This document shows positions 52,789 through 63,659 of a stretch of DNA of 64,000 nucleotides, in pieces. A program made the position numbers and the translations under genes. The notes below the pieces were generated by a model. It was given only the letters and a program-made list of their open reading frames with translations. It searched no databases and was not told where the DNA came from. The number at the start of each line of letters is the position of its first letter. Within the stretch, counting starts at the first letter, position 1. This DNA comes from Actinomycetota bacterium (lineage in GTDB: Bacteria; Actinomycetota; Acidimicrobiia; Acidimicrobiales; GCA-2861595): positions 15,389-79,388 of the forward strand of contig PJQG01000037.1 in the NCBI GenBank assembly GCA_002861595.1, written 5' to 3'.

Positions 52789-54144
52789 TCATGCATCCTC
52801 TCGCATGAGAGCGAGCACCTCGCGCATGCGGGCGTCGCATTCCTCGCGGGTGGGAGCCTCCAGGTTGAGCCGGAGCAGGGGCTCGGTGTTGGACGGGCGC
52901 AGGTTGAACCACCAGTCCCCCAGGTCGACGGTGAGGCCGTCGGTTCGGTCGTGGTCGGCGCCGGCGTAGGCCGCGGCCACCCGCTCCAGGGCGGCCACAG
53001 GATCGGCCACCCCGCTGTTGACCTCGCCCGAGTTGGCGTAGCGCTCGAAGGGCTTGCGCAGCTCGGACAGGGGCTCGCCCGCCCTGCTCATCAGCTCCAG
53101 CACGATCATGGCGGCGATGAGGCCGGAGTCGGCTCGGTAATTGTCGCGGAAGTAGTAGTGACCGGAGTGCTCGCCGCCGAAGACGGCCCCGGTCTCGGCC
53201 ATCACCGTCTTGATGAAGGAGTGGCCCACCCGGGTGCGCACAGGCGTGCCGCCGTTCTCCCGGATGACCTCGGGCACGGCTTTCGAGCAGATGAGGTTGT
53301 AGATGATGCTGCTCCCGGGGTGCTTCTCCAGCATCGCCTTGGCCACGATGGAGGTGGTGAGCGAGCCTGAGAGCGGCTCGGCCTTCTCGTCGACGAGGAA
53401 CACGCGGTCGGCGTCGCCGTCGAAGGCCAGGCCGACATCGGCCTTGGTGTCGAGCACCCTCGCCTGGAGGTCCTTCAGGTTCTCGGGCTGGATGGGGTCC
53501 GCAGGGTGGTTGGGAAAGGTGCCGTCGAGCTCGGCGAACAGCACCTCCAACGCACAGGGCAGGCCGTCGAACACGGGGGGGACCACGAGGCCCCCCATGC
53601 CGTTGGCCGTGTCGGCGACGACCTCGAGGGGGCGCAGGGCTTCGAGGTCGATGAACGAGCGCACGTGGTCGGCGTAGAGCCCGATGAGGTCCTGGTGGGT
53701 GACCCGGCCGGTTTCGGCGCGGGCAGGGGCGGAGGCGGGCGGGTTGGCGGCCAGGGCCTTGATCTCGGCCAACCCCGTGTCCTGACCGACGGGGCGGGCG
53801 CCCGACAGGCAGAACTTGATGCCGTTGTACTTGGCCGGGTTGTGGGAGGCGGTGAACATGGCGGCCGGCGCGTCGAGGTGGCCGGCGGCGAAGTAGGCGA
53901 GGTCGGTGGAGGCGAGGCCGAGGTCCACCACCTCCACGCCCTCGGCCGTCACGCCGGCGGAGAAGGCGGCGGTGAGGTCCACCCCCGAGGGTCGCATGTC
54001 GCGGGCGACGAGGATCTTGGGCGACTTGGCGAAGACGGCGAAGGCGGTGCCGATGCGCGCCGCCACCTCGGCGTCCCACTCGTCCGGGACGATCCCCCGC
54101 ACGTCATAGGCCTTGAAGATGGCGTCGAGGTTCGTTGAGGGCAC
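52789..54144 (-). CDS. manB: Phosphomannomutase/phosphoglucomutase
   Basis: FKAYDVRG, TASHNP, FDGDADR, GEHSGH, SNTEP. Confidence 0.93.
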   Translation of the reverse strand: MPSTNLDAIFKAYDVRGIVPDEWDAEVAARIGTAFAVFAKSPKILVARDMRPSGVDLTAAFSAGVTAEGVEVVDLGLASTDLAYFAAGHLDAPAAMFTASHNPAKYNGIKFCLSGARPVGQDTGLAEIKALAANPPASAPARAETGRVTHQDLIGLYADHVRSFIDLEALRPLEVVADTANGMGGLVVPPVFDGLPCALEVLFAELDGTFPNHPADPIQPENLKDLQARVLDTKADVGLAFDGDADRVFLVDEKAEPLSGSLTTSIVAKAMLEKHPGSSIIYNLICSKAVPEVIRENGGTPVRTRVGHSFIKTVMAETGAVFGGEHSGHYYFRDNYRADSGLIAAMIVLELMSRAGEPLSELRKPFERYANSGEVNSGVADPVAALERVAAAYAGADHDRTDGLTVDLGDWWFNLRPSNTEPLLRLNLEAPTREECDARMREVLALMREDA

Positions 54145-54270
54145 GGGTGGTCAGCCTACGCCGTCGCGTGCGGGCCCGTCCCGCTCGTGGCTGTGAGGCC
54201 TCGCACCTTGGGTCAGCGCAACCTCACTGAGATCACGATGCTCAGCTTCAGGGGCGTTGCGCCGGCCGCC

Positions 54271-54396
54271 TCAACCGGCGTTGTCGTCGGCTTGCTCGTC
54301 CTCGGCCCCGCTCTGAGCCTGGTCCCATTCCTGCTTCAAAGGCTCCTTGGCCTCTGCCGCCTCGGCGGCATCCTTTGCGTCCTCCGCGTCGGGCAT
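54271..54396 (-). CDS. 41-aa acidic hypothetical peptide
   Basis: GGGGAGG RBS, ATG 54396; GTGT-N16-GGGTAG upstream. Confidence 0.5.
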   Translation of the reverse strand: MPDAEDAKDAAEAAEAKEPLKQEWDQAQSGAEDEQADDNAG

Positions 54397-54616
54397 GTCG
54401 TCCTCCCCTCGTCTGGTCCGTGACGCCCCGTCTACCCCGCCAGTGGAAAGGTGACACCTTCGGAAGCCGGGACCGCAACGTCCACCACCCGAGCAACGGT
54501 GCTGATCGCCGCTCGAGGCAGGTCGGCCGTCACCGCGGCCAGATGGTACCCGTCCAACTCGACCATGCTTCGATTCGCCCCGAGCGGGTGAAGCGGCCCT
54601 GAAATAGGGTGGACCC

Positions 54617-55135
54617 ATGAGGCGACGCCCGATCACGCCCGTGGGCGCCGTGGTGCGCGGCGCCGCGGCCGGGGCCGTGGGGACCGCCGCCATGGACATC
54701 ATGTTGTTCGCCCGTTATCGGCGCGACGGCGGCGAGAGCCGCTTTCCGCACTGGGAGCTCTCCGCCGGCCTCGACCGTTGGGAGGACGTCCCGGCCCCCG
54801 GGCAGGTCGGCAAGCGTCTCGCCGAGGGCTTCCTGCAACGGGTGATCCCGCCGCGCTGGGCCCGGTTCACCAACAACCTCGTCCACTGGGGCTACGGCGT
54901 GGCCTGGGGCGCGCAGTACGGGATCGTCGCCGCTTCGCTGGCCCACCGCCGTGCCCGCCACGGCGTGCTGTTCGGGTCTCTGGTGTGGGCCAGCGGGTAC
55001 GTCGTCCTCCCGCTGGCCGAGCTCTACAAGCCGATGTGGGAGTACGACGCCAAGACCCTGGGCAAGGACCTGTCGGCTCACGTCGTCTACGGCGTCGCCA
55101 CCGCGACCGCGTTCCGGGTTCTCGCCGGTCGCTGA
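54617..55135 (+). CDS. Hypothetical membrane protein
   Basis: GTAAMD, HWGYG, YKPMWEY, HVVYG; TAGGGT -10 just before start. Confidence 0.75.
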   Translation: MRRRPITPVGAVVRGAAAGAVGTAAMDIMLFARYRRDGGESRFPHWELSAGLDRWEDVPAPGQVGKRLAEGFLQRVIPPRWARFTNNLVHWGYGVAWGAQYGIVAASLAHRRARHGVLFGSLVWASGYVVLPLAELYKPMWEYDAKTLGKDLSAHVVYGVATATAFRVLAGR

Positions 55136-55327
55136 CGCGCGCGGGCCGCGAAATCGAGCAGAAGGGTGTCTTCGAAAGCAAGAAGCCGCGCTATGGCGGT
55201 TTCTTGCCGTCAAACCCTGGTCCTGAGCCTGCCGATGCTCCGAGATGTGATCGGCGCCCGCGCCGGCGCTGAGCGCGTGGCCGGCCGTGCTCCTTGTCGC
55301 CGTGGGCAATAGTGGCAATAGTGGAGT

Positions 55328-56038
55328 GTGCTCTCCGTCGTGATGCCGGCGTTCAACGAGGCCGATTTCCTGCGCCCGGCCGTCGGCGAAGTGGTGGCCG
55401 GCCTGCGCACCCGCGGCCACGACGCCGAAGTCGTCGTGGTGGAGAACGGCTCCACCGACGCCACCCCGGCGCTGGCCCGGGACCTGGAGGCCGAGCTGCC
55501 CGAGGTGCGGGCGCTCTCGCTCCCCAAGCCCGACTACGGCGCCGCCCTCCGGGCCGGGCTCCTGGCGGCACGAGGCGACGTGGTCGTCAACTTCGACGTC
55601 GACTACTTCGACCTCGACTTCCTCGACCGAGCCCTCAGCCTGATCCGGTCCGAGGGCGGCCCGCTGATCGTGGTGGCCAGCAAGCGGGGGGCCGGCGCCG
55701 AGGACCAGCGGGCGGCCAGCCGCCGGCTCATCACCTCGGTCTTCGGCGCTGTGCTTCGTGTCGGCTTCGGCCTCCGGGTCTCGGACACCCACGGGATGAA
55801 GGCCATGAAGGTAGGCCCGCTCCTAGGGGTCGTGGCGGCGTGCCGGTTCGGCACCGACCTTTTCGACACCGAGTTGCTCCTTCGCGCCGAGCGGGGCGGG
55901 CACGTCGTTGCCGAGCTCCCCGTCGTGGTCCGGGAGTCCCGTCCCTCCCGCACCTCGATCCTGCGTCGCGCCCTTCGCACGGTCGGCGGCCTGGTGCGCC
56001 TCCGCATCGCCCTCTGGCGGGAGCGGGGGCGGGGCTGA
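55328..56038 (+). CDS. GT2 glycosyltransferase (DPM1-like)
   Basis: SVVMPAFNE, NGSTD, FDVD, FDTELL. Confidence 0.88.
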   Translation: MLSVVMPAFNEADFLRPAVGEVVAGLRTRGHDAEVVVVENGSTDATPALARDLEAELPEVRALSLPKPDYGAALRAGLLAARGDVVVNFDVDYFDLDFLDRALSLIRSEGGPLIVVASKRGAGAEDQRAASRRLITSVFGAVLRVGFGLRVSDTHGMKAMKVGPLLGVVAACRFGTDLFDTELLLRAERGGHVVAELPVVVRESRPSRTSILRRALRTVGGLVRLRIALWRERGRG

Positions 56039-58306
56039 GGCCCACAACAGGTCCCGATCCCCGGGCACCTGGTCGACATCCCGGCGGCGACGGGCCTGCA
56101 CCACGAGGGCGGCGAGGGCGACCAGACCGAACCCGGTGAGGACGTAGCCCACCTTGTCCGCCAGCGCGTAGCCATAGTGCAGCTCGACGTGGCGCTCGGT
56201 GGGCACGACGACCATGAGGTTCGGGGTCACCCGCCAGGGCCCCTTGGCGCCCGAGGCCTTCCAATTGGGGAAATACGAGGCCTTCACGAGCACGGGAGAG
56301 CCGGGACGGTCGACGTCGAAGGAGATCCGGTCGTCGCCACTGCGCACGCCCGCCACCACCGCCGGCCGCACGGCTCGTCGGGGGGGGTTGGCCACGGCGC
56401 CACTGACCCGTCGCCACTCGTCGGGCCCGTCGGCGGCCAGGGGCACGCTCCAGCGCGAGGAGTCCTGGTACCAGCCCACGGCGGCGTCGAGCCACGCCTT
56501 CTCGCCCCGACCCACACCGGTCATGACCACCGGCTCGTTCTCAAGGGGCGCCACGATCCCCGACCCCCGGACCTCATAGATCTCCCAACGGCGCTCAGCC
56601 GGGCCCTCGGGATAGTTGACCGTATGGGGGCCGGTGGAAGCGACCATGCGGAGGTCGGGGTGCTGGCGAGCCTGCTGCTGGGCGTCGGGCGAGATGGCCA
56701 TGTAGTACCGCACGCCGAGGAGCTCGAGGTGCTCGACGCCGGTGGCGACGTCAAGACCCCGATAGGGAAGGCCGCGCTGAGGATTCGAAGGGCGCTTGGT
56801 CAACTCCGAAGCGGCCAGGAAGTGGAACGGCGTGGTGGCCGACGACTCGAAGTACAGCCCCTCCATGGAGGCGATGCAGCCGTTGGTCCAATACGGAAGC
56901 AGCATGAGCGCCAGTGGCGTGCCCATGTCGTTGAGCTCGGTCTCGTACTCCCACAGCGCCCGCCCGCACCCCTCCGTGCGGCCGACCGTGTCCATCGTGC
57001 CCATCAGCTCACTGAACTCCTGGCGCCGGCGCTTGCCCTCGTCCTCGAACCCCGAGTAGTTCCACTTGGCCCAGGCCGGGACGAAACTCGCGTCAGTGGT
57101 CTCCAGGGGGACCCACGAGGGCAGCACCTGCAAGGGCAGGGCCACCAAGCCGAGCCCGAGAACGAGCGCTACGGGAGGCGCCACCAGCTTGGTGACGATG
57201 TCGCCGGCCGTGGATCCTTCCTCCCGGGCCTCCCGGGCGGTGATGAGCCGGGCGACGGCGGCAGCCACCGCGGCGAGGGCCAGCCCGGCCAGCAGGTACA
57301 GGCAGAGGAACCAGAACGGCAGCAGGCGGGCGTTCCAGATCTTGCCCTGGAGGGCGAAGCGGAAGCCGAGGGCGGACACCGCGGCCATGATCGTGAGGAA
57401 GGTGCCGACCCGGCTGCGGCGCAGGAGCGAGAAGATGGCGCCCGCGCCGGCCAGGAGGATGAGCCAGCGCAGGTCCCTGGGGAACAGGTTCTTGGTGTAC
57501 TCGGTGATCTTCTCGTAGCCCATGTCGTTGGTGTAGGGCAGGTTCACCACCAAGGGCAGGGCCCAGAAGGCGACGAGGAGCCCGGACACCGCCCCCACCG
57601 TCACCGTGTGGGTGAGGCGGCGCCGGTCGGGCCGCAGCAGGGTGATCACCACGGCCCCGACGACGGCGAAGAAGGTGGGGATGACGTGGCACAGCAGGGT
57701 GACGGCCAGCAGGCCGGCGGCCAGGGCCTTGTGGCGTCCGGTGTCGAGGCCTCGGGCCACGACGCCCAGGAACACCAGTGCCAGCGACAGGCTGATGGAG
57801 AAGGCGAACTCGCCGGCCAGGGTGGAGGGGATGTTGCCGCCGTAGATCGTGAAGCTGCGTTCGAAGAGGAAGGGCACGGCGGCGACGGCTAGGCAGGCGG
57901 GACCGGGCGCCTTGAGCCCGGCGAGGCGGCCGAAGGCCCAGGCGGCCACGGGCAGGCTCAACATGCCGAGAACCGACACCAGCTTGAAGGCGATGTTGTA
58001 GGGCAGGAGGACGTCGCCGAGAACGATCAGCAGCGTGGGCAGGGGGAAGTAGAAGCTCGGGAAGGCGAAGCCGGCGTACCAGTCCGGCGCCCACCCGGTG
58101 AGGCGACCGTGGGGCAGGAGGTGGTCGCGCATGAATGCCGGCCCCCAGACGTGGGCCCCCATGTCGCCGCCCGCCGGCGTGGTGTTGCGGAAGATCAGCG
58201 AGGGCTGGAGCTGCAGGAGGATGAACACCACCGCGGCGCCGACCACGCCGAAGGTCACCAGACCGGCGGCAGAAGGGCGACGTAGGCGCAAGCGCATGCG
58301 TTCCAT
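55823..58306 (-). CDS. Large multi-TM 'PTPS-related' membrane protein, probable GT-C
   Basis: GGDMGAH, W.PDWYAG, YFP, STLAGEF, SYFPNW. Confidence 0.78.
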   Translation of the reverse strand: MERMRLRLRRPSAAGLVTFGVVGAAVVFILLQLQPSLIFRNTTPAGGDMGAHVWGPAFMRDHLLPHGRLTGWAPDWYAGFAFPSFYFPLPTLLIVLGDVLLPYNIAFKLVSVLGMLSLPVAAWAFGRLAGLKAPGPACLAVAAVPFLFERSFTIYGGNIPSTLAGEFAFSISLSLALVFLGVVARGLDTGRHKALAAGLLAVTLLCHVIPTFFAVVGAVVITLLRPDRRRLTHTVTVGAVSGLLVAFWALPLVVNLPYTNDMGYEKITEYTKNLFPRDLRWLILLAGAGAIFSLLRRSRVGTFLTIMAAVSALGFRFALQGKIWNARLLPFWFLCLYLLAGLALAAVAAAVARLITAREAREEGSTAGDIVTKLVAPPVALVLGLGLVALPLQVLPSWVPLETTDASFVPAWAKWNYSGFEDEGKRRRQEFSELMGTMDTVGRTEGCGRALWEYETELNDMGTPLALMLLPYWTNGCIASMEGLYFESSATTPFHFLAASELTKRPSNPQRGLPYRGLDVATGVEHLELLGVRYYMAISPDAQQQARQHPDLRMVASTGPHTVNYPEGPAERRWEIYEVRGSGIVAPLENEPVVMTGVGRGEKAWLDAAVGWYQDSSRWSVPLAADGPDEWRRVSGAVANPPRRAVRPAVVAGVRSGDDRISFDVDRPGSPVLVKASYFPNWKASGAKGPWRVTPNLMVVVPTERHVELHYGYALADKVGYVLTGFGLVALAALVVQARRRRDVDQVPGDRDLLWASAPPPLPPEGDAEAHQAADRAKGATQDRGAGGTGLPDHDGELGNDVPAPLGAKEQLGVEKVGAEPARRHDP

Positions 58307-58355
58307 GTTGGCCGAGTGCGGCCCCCTCCCGGGATCACCTGGCTCCAGCTCGGCG

Positions 58356-58526
58356 TCAGCGGCGCCTGGTCGCCAGCTCGAGGACGCGGGGGAGGCTGAG
58401 GTCCTCACCCTCGCTCTCCCACCACCGGGTGTCGCACTGCGAACAGCTTCGCATCCGCACCGGGCGCTCCCCGATGGTGACGGCGATCTCCACCACGCGC
58501 GAAACCTTGCACCTTGCACATGTCAT
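58356..58526 (-). CDS. Small zinc-ribbon protein (CARC...CSQC..RWW)
   Basis: GAGGGGAG RBS; two CxxC motifs. Confidence 0.7.
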   Translation of the reverse strand: MTCARCKVSRVVEIAVTIGERPVRMRSCSQCDTRWWESEGEDLSLPRVLELATRRR

Positions 58527-58572
58527 GGTCGTACTCCCCTCCACGGTTGGCCAGCACCAGCCCGGCACCTTT

Positions 58573-58601
58573 ACATCGGCGCGACCGGCCCTCCTCTTGA
58601 G
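58573..58601 (-). promoter_or_regulatory. Sigma28 (FliA/WhiG)-type promoter TCAA-N16-GCCGATGT
   Basis: Upstream of the zinc-ribbon gene. Confidence 0.55.
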
Positions 58602-58613
58602 CGCCAGCGGGCG

Positions 58614-59333
58614 TCAAGACCACACCACGAGGACCAAGACGCTGGCGGCGTTGAAGCTCATGTGGGCGATCAGGCTCGGGCCGAGCCGCCCCGCCCGCTC
58701 GGCCAGGATTCCAAGCACGACGCCGAAGGCGATCAGACCCAGGAGCTGGACCGGCTGGAAGTGGGTGACTCCGAAGACCACCGCGGAGACGCCGACGGCG
58801 GCCACCGGCGGCACCCACCGGGCCAGCGTCCGCTGCAGCAGCCCCCGGAAGAACAGCTCCTCCACAAAGGGGGCGACCACGATCACCAGCGCGGCGAGCA
58901 GGAAGAGGCCCCCACCGGACGCCACCCCGAGGGTCTCCTTGGCCTTCTCGGACACGTCCAGGTCGCGGTTCAGCAGCTCGAAGGGGAGGTACAGGAGCGG
59001 CAACAGCAGGAACTGTGACGCCACCCCGGCGAGGATGCCGGGCCCGATGTCCTGCTTCTCGATGCGAAGACCGACGTCCTCGCCGAGTCGCCCGGTGCCG
59101 CGCCGGCGGCTGGCGAGGACGACGGTGGCGACCAGAACCGGCCAGTAGGCGAGGAAGCTGACGACGGTGAGGCCCAGGCTGACCTCGTCGGTCCCCGTGA
59201 CCCCGACCCACACGGTCTGGGTCACGGCCACGTTGAACACCGCGGCCAGGAAACCCAGGACCACGTCGCGCACCGCCCAGCACGGCGGTTGCTCCGGGGA
59301 CGAGGGCGTGCGGTCGTCGACGACCGGCTCCAC
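58614..59333 (-). CDS. CPBP (Abi) intramembrane glutamic endopeptidase
   Basis: EELFFRG, FGVTH, HMSFN. Confidence 0.9.
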   Translation of the reverse strand: MEPVVDDRTPSSPEQPPCWAVRDVVLGFLAAVFNVAVTQTVWVGVTGTDEVSLGLTVVSFLAYWPVLVATVVLASRRRGTGRLGEDVGLRIEKQDIGPGILAGVASQFLLLPLLYLPFELLNRDLDVSEKAKETLGVASGGGLFLLAALVIVVAPFVEELFFRGLLQRTLARWVPPVAAVGVSAVVFGVTHFQPVQLLGLIAFGVVLGILAERAGRLGPSLIAHMSFNAASVLVLVVWS

Positions 59334-59390
59334 CGGGCCAGGGTAGCGGCGGCGGGCCGGTGCGACCGCCGCCTCGCGGTGAGCTGGCGG

Positions 59391-59621
59391 TCAGCTGGCG
59401 ATGGAGGGGCGCAGCGGGATGATCGGCGTGCGGCGGTCGTTCAGGGCCCAGCCCACAGGCACGGTGAGGCGGTCGGCGTGGGTGGCGCAAAGCCCCCAGG
59501 CCGAGGGATCGACCTCCTCGCCCGGGCTGTCGACCCAGACGGTACGGCTGGCGTACTCGTAGGTCATGATCGCCTGGGCCGGCGCCGCGCAACCCGGCCG
59601 GGCGCAGTGGCGAGCTTCCAT
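59391..59621 (-). CDS. DUF3499 family protein
   Basis: CARPGC...LCATHA...PVGW; TAGCCT -10 just before start. Confidence 0.8.
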   Translation of the reverse strand: MEARHCARPGCAAPAQAIMTYEYASRTVWVDSPGEEVDPSAWGLCATHADRLTVPVGWALNDRRTPIIPLRPSIAS

Positions 59622-59720
59622 TGACGCGAGGCTACCGGCTGGGAGGCGCCGACGCGGGGATCCCCCGGTCGGTCGCGAGGTGGTCCGGGAGAGCCTCGGC
59701 GCCGCATACGATGGCAACCA

Positions 59721-61724
59721 ATGAGCCGCTCCCCCGGCGATCTTCGCCCCGCCCGGCCGCCGCGCCCTCCCGGTACCCCCGGATCAGGGCCCGAGCCCAC
59801 CGTCCGCTGGGCCTGGATCGCGCTCTTCGTGCTGGTCGTGGCCGTCCTCGTGCTGCCCCCGCTGTTCGGTGGCCCCTCGCGGACCCAGCTGGGCTACGGC
59901 CAGTTCATTCGGGAGGCCAACGAGGGAAAGGTGGTCGAGGCCGAGGTCAACAATGACACCGGCCGCGTCATCGGCAGGCTGAGCGACGGCACCCGCTTCA
60001 CCGTGGATGGCCCCCATCCTCTCCCCGACGCCGACGCACAGCTGCTGCGGGACAAGGTGTCGGATCTCAGCTTCGAGAACACCCAGGCCAACTTCTTCAC
60101 CTCCCTGCTCCCACTGCTGCTTCCCGTGGCCCTGCTCATCGGGTTCTTCGTGTGGATGAACCGCCGGGCCCAGGGCCAGATGTCGGGGATCATGTCCATC
60201 GGCCGCTCCAAGGCCAAGGTGTACACCACGGAGCGGCCGAAGACGACGTTCGCGGACGTCGCCGGCTACGAGGGCGTCAAGCAGGAGATCCGGGAGGTCG
60301 TCGACTTCCTGAAGGCCAAGGACCGCTTCAAGCAACTGGGGGCGCGCATCCCCAAGGGTGTGCTCCTGGTCGGCCCCCCGGGCACGGGCAAGACGCTGCT
60401 GGCCCGGGCCGTGGCCGGCGAGGCCGGCGTGCCGTTCCTGTCGGTCACGGGTTCCGACTTCATGGAGATGTTCGTGGGCGTCGGCGCCTCTCGGGTGCGC
60501 GACCTGTTCCAGACTGCCCGCAAGCAGGCGCCCGCCATCATCTTCGTGGACGAGCTCGACTCCATCGGGCGCAAGCGCGGGGCCGGCCTGGGCGGCGGCC
60601 ACGACGAGCGGGAGCAGACCCTCAACCAGATGCTTTCGGAGATGGACGGCTTCGAGACGTCCGAGGGCATCGTGATGATGGCCGCCACCAACCGCCCCGA
60701 CATCCTCGACCCCGCCCTCCTGCGCCCTGGGCGCTTCGACCGTCAGATCGTGGTGCCCCTCCCCGACCTCGAGGAGCGCCTCCCCATCCTCAGGGTCCAC
60801 TGCAAGGACAAGCGCATGGCGCCCGACGTCAACCTCCAGACCGTTGCGCGCGGCACCCCAGGCATGAGCGGCGCCGATCTGGCCAACCTGGTGAACGAGG
60901 CGGCCCTGCACGCGGTGCGACGCAACGCCGACGCCGTGCACATGCAGGATTTCGAGGCGGCCCGCGACCGGGTGATCATGGGCCAGCGCCGCGAGTCGCT
61001 GGCCCTGTCCGACGCCGAGAAGGAGCGCATCGCCTACCACGAGGGCGGCCACGCCGTGCTCGCCTACGCCCTGGCCCACGCCGACCCCGTGCACAAGGTG
61101 ACGATCCTCCCGAGCGGCATGGCCCTGGGCGTCACCCAGCAGCTGCCCATGGAGGAGCGCCACATCTACCCACGCAACTACATCGAGGACTCCCTGGCCG
61201 TGCGCATGGGCGGCCGGGTGGCGGAGATGCTGGTGTACGGGGACCTCTCCACGGGCGCCAACAACGACCTGGTCGGCAACACCGAGCTGGCCCGCAAGAT
61301 GGTGCGGGAATGGGGGATGAGCGACCGCGTCGGCCCCATGGCCTGGGGCTCGCAGGGCACGGTGTTCCTGGGCGAGGACCTGATGCACACCAAGGACTAC
61401 AGCGACGAGACCTCCCGTGTCATCGACGAGGAGGTGGAGAACATCCTTCGCACCCAGGAGGCGCGGGCCACCGAGGAGCTGCGCCGGTTCCGCAAGGGCC
61501 TCGACGCGGTGGCCTCGGCCCTCCTCGAGCACGAGACGATCGACGGGGCCGAGGTCAAGCGCCTGGTGGACGAGGCCTTCGGCCAGGAGGTCCACCACTA
61601 CGAGGAGGCCGAGGTGATCCCTCACTTCGACGGCGAGGACGCCTCCCGCGACGAGGTCACCACCTCCGTCGCCACCGGTGACGCCCCGCGGGCACACGAC
61701 GAGACCCAGGTCCTCGACCGCTGA
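59721..61724 (+). CDS. ftsH: ATP-dependent zinc metalloprotease FtsH
   Basis: Two [26 protein letters not shown]. Confidence 0.96.
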   Translation: MSRSPGDLRPARPPRPPGTPGSGPEPTVRWAWIALFVLVVAVLVLPPLFGGPSRTQLGYGQFIREANEGKVVEAEVNNDTGRVIGRLSDGTRFTVDGPHPLPDADAQLLRDKVSDLSFENTQANFFTSLLPLLLPVALLIGFFVWMNRRAQGQMSGIMSIGRSKAKVYTTERPKTTFADVAGYEGVKQEIREVVDFLKAKDRFKQLGARIPKGVLLVGPPGTGKTLLARAVAGEAGVPFLSVTGSDFMEMFVGVGASRVRDLFQTARKQAPAIIFVDELDSIGRKRGAGLGGGHDEREQTLNQMLSEMDGFETSEGIVMMAATNRPDILDPALLRPGRFDRQIVVPLPDLEERLPILRVHCKDKRMAPDVNLQTVARGTPGMSGADLANLVNEAALHAVRRNADAVHMQDFEAARDRVIMGQRRESLALSDAEKERIAYHEGGHAVLAYALAHADPVHKVTILPSGMALGVTQQLPMEERHIYPRNYIEDSLAVRMGGRVAEMLVYGDLSTGANNDLVGNTELARKMVREWGMSDRVGPMAWGSQGTVFLGEDLMHTKDYSDETSRVIDEEVENILRTQEARATEELRRFRKGLDAVASALLEHETIDGAEVKRLVDEAFGQEVHHYEEAEVIPHFDGEDASRDEVTTSVATGDAPRAHDETQVLDR

Positions 61725-61790
61725 CCGTCGTGCCCGCGTGCAGAGCTCCTGTCCTGGTACGGGTTCTGCACGGCGGGAGCTGCGTCCCCG

Positions 61791-62210
61791 TCAGGAGGCG
61801 GAGCGGGCCTCGGCCAGTGCGGCCCAGAGGTCCGTGGCGCTGGGAACGCCGACGAACGACGCCTGCACCACCCCCTCGGCGTCGGCCATGACGATGGTGG
61901 GCACCGCCTCCACGCCGTAGCGCGTGTGCAGGTGCTTGCGGTCCTGGTAGGCGACCTCCTGGAACCCCACCTGCGGGCTGGCCAGCACCCTGGCCTTGGC
62001 CACCGCCTCCACGCACGAGTCGCAGGTGGCCGAGGTGAAGACGACGACGAGCCAGGCGAGCTCCCGGGACGCGAAATCGTCACGGTCCAGCTGGGTGGGC
62101 ACCGCCCACTTCGCCTGGGTGGGCGGGGCGGTCGCCGTGCGGCGCCGCAGCACGAAGGCGGCGCCGGCGGCCACGGCGACGAGCACGGCAGCCAGAATGA
62201 GCCGTTCCAC
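61791..62210 (-). CDS. Membrane-anchored thioredoxin-like protein
   Basis: N-terminal TM, CDSC, VPT. Confidence 0.75.
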   Translation of the reverse strand: MERLILAAVLVAVAAGAAFVLRRRTATAPPTQAKWAVPTQLDRDDFASRELAWLVVVFTSATCDSCVEAVAKARVLASPQVGFQEVAYQDRKHLHTRYGVEAVPTIVMADAEGVVQASFVGVPSATDLWAALAEARSAS

Positions 62211-63659
62211 TCAGCTGTCTTCGCCCGCTGGTATCCCTATGGTCGCGGACAGGCCGGGGCCGCCCACCTGGTAGAGGTCCCGCTCGGCCACGATGGGCAC
62301 CGACGAGGAGACGACGAGGGGCAGCGGGGCCCGCTTGACGTGGTCGCTGAGGCGGAAGGCCTGGCGCCGGCCGGGGCCGATGGTGAGGTCCTGAAGGCCC
62401 TCGAGGGCCAGGCTCTGCCCGCCGGCCAGGCCGGTGATCGAGACCCTGGCGGGGCGCGGGCCGGGGTTGTGGACGACGACCCACTCGTCGAGGGCTTCGG
62501 TCACACCTCCCGCGGCGAAGACCCACGTCCGGGCCAGGCGACGGGCGCCGAGGGTGTCGGCCCGGCCCAGCCGTGGCGCCGGCGGGGCCGCTTCCAGCTC
62601 CCGGCTGGCCACCACCGGCACGCCGTTGAGGGAGCGCACCGCCACGGCGTGGGCCACGCCGGGGGGCACGCCCACCTCAGGGCCCATCACCACGTCGAGG
62701 CGGCCCTCGGGTGGGATCGTTCGCTCCAAAGGCTCCGCCGTGCCCTCGGCGAGGGCGATCTCGATCAGCACCGTCGCTTCACGCTTGCCGGGGTTGGCGA
62801 TGGCGTACCGCTCGGCCAGGCCGGGCCCGGCGACGCCGTCGGGGAAGTACCACTGGCCGCCCGGAGACGGCGCCCCGAGCCCCATCGAGAGCCCGGCACG
62901 ACCGGGGAGCGTGCGGGACATGGTCTGGGCCGCGACCAGGCGGCCACTGCGCACGGCCACGGTGGTGGAGACCGCTTCGCGACGGCGCACATGGCTGCCC
63001 ACGTCCACGACCGCCAGGCCCCGCGCCGGCACCACGATGCCCTGGAAGTCGGCGGGTACGGCGCGGCCGGCGTCGGTGGCGAAGGACAGGTCGGCGATGG
63101 CGTCCTCAGGGAAGGGGTTGAGCAGTGAGAGGTGCAGGATGGCGTCCTTGGCCGTGGAGCCCCCTGGGAAGTACCAGCGGCTGGACGCCGACGAAGCGCA
63201 CGGGCTCGCCGCGTGCTCACCACCGGTTCGGGCGCCGCCGCCCACGACCAGCTCCACCGTGACGGCGCCGGAGTCCACCTCGACCACCGCGGCCCCGTGG
63301 TCGGCGGTCGCCACCGGGGCCAGCTTCACCGTGGCCACCGACCGGGCGCCGACCGTCACCGGCACCGGCGGGGGCACCTCGCCCTTCTCGGCGACGGTGA
63401 GCACGCTCGCCCGAGCCTCCTGGTCGCCGGGGTTGGCGATGACGATCGCCGCGGCCGCGGGCCCCCCTGCGTTGGCCGTCCCCCCCGCGCAGTACCAGGT
63501 CGAGGAAACCGCGCCGGCCGGCCCGCCGGTGGGCATCAGGGCGCGGACGGCGGCGTCGGTGCTCAGGCGGGAGCCGGGCCGATCGGCCCGGTCGGCGACG
63601 GCGCCGGCCAGGAGCAGCGCCATCACCACGACCACGACGCGGAGCCGGGCCGGCTTCAC
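62211..63659 (-). CDS. DUF5719 family secreted protein
   Basis: WYCAGG, WYFPGG...NP repeats. Confidence 0.72.
   Translation of the reverse strand: MKPARLRVVVVVMALLLAGAVADRADRPGSRLSTDAAVRALMPTGGPAGAVSSTWYCAGGTANAGGPAAAAIVIANPGDQEARASVLTVAEKGEVPPPVPVTVGARSVATVKLAPVATADHGAAVVEVDSGAVTVELVVGGGARTGGEHAASPCASSASSRWYFPGGSTAKDAILHLSLLNPFPEDAIADLSFATDAGRAVPADFQGIVVPARGLAVVDVGSHVRRREAVSTTVAVRSGRLVAAQTMSRTLPGRAGLSMGLGAPSPGGQWYFPDGVAGPGLAERYAIANPGKREATVLIEIALAEGTAEPLERTIPPEGRLDVVMGPEVGVPPGVAHAVAVRSLNGVPVVASRELEAAPPAPRLGRADTLGARRLARTWVFAAGGVTEALDEWVVVHNPGPRPARVSITGLAGGQSLALEGLQDLTIGPGRRQAFRLSDHVKRAPLPLVVSSSVPIVAERDLYQVGGPGLSATIGIPAGEDS

Noticed and set aside
55178-55207. Hairpins at 55178-55207 and about 61738-61771 as ncRNAs
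   Set aside because: Single short stems downstream of genes; more simply terminators or REP-like remnants.
55823-56038. Long convergent overlaps (here and at 44057-44150, 13212-13272)
   Set aside because: Low-complexity tails after the last TM segment; expected from scarce stop codons at high GC.
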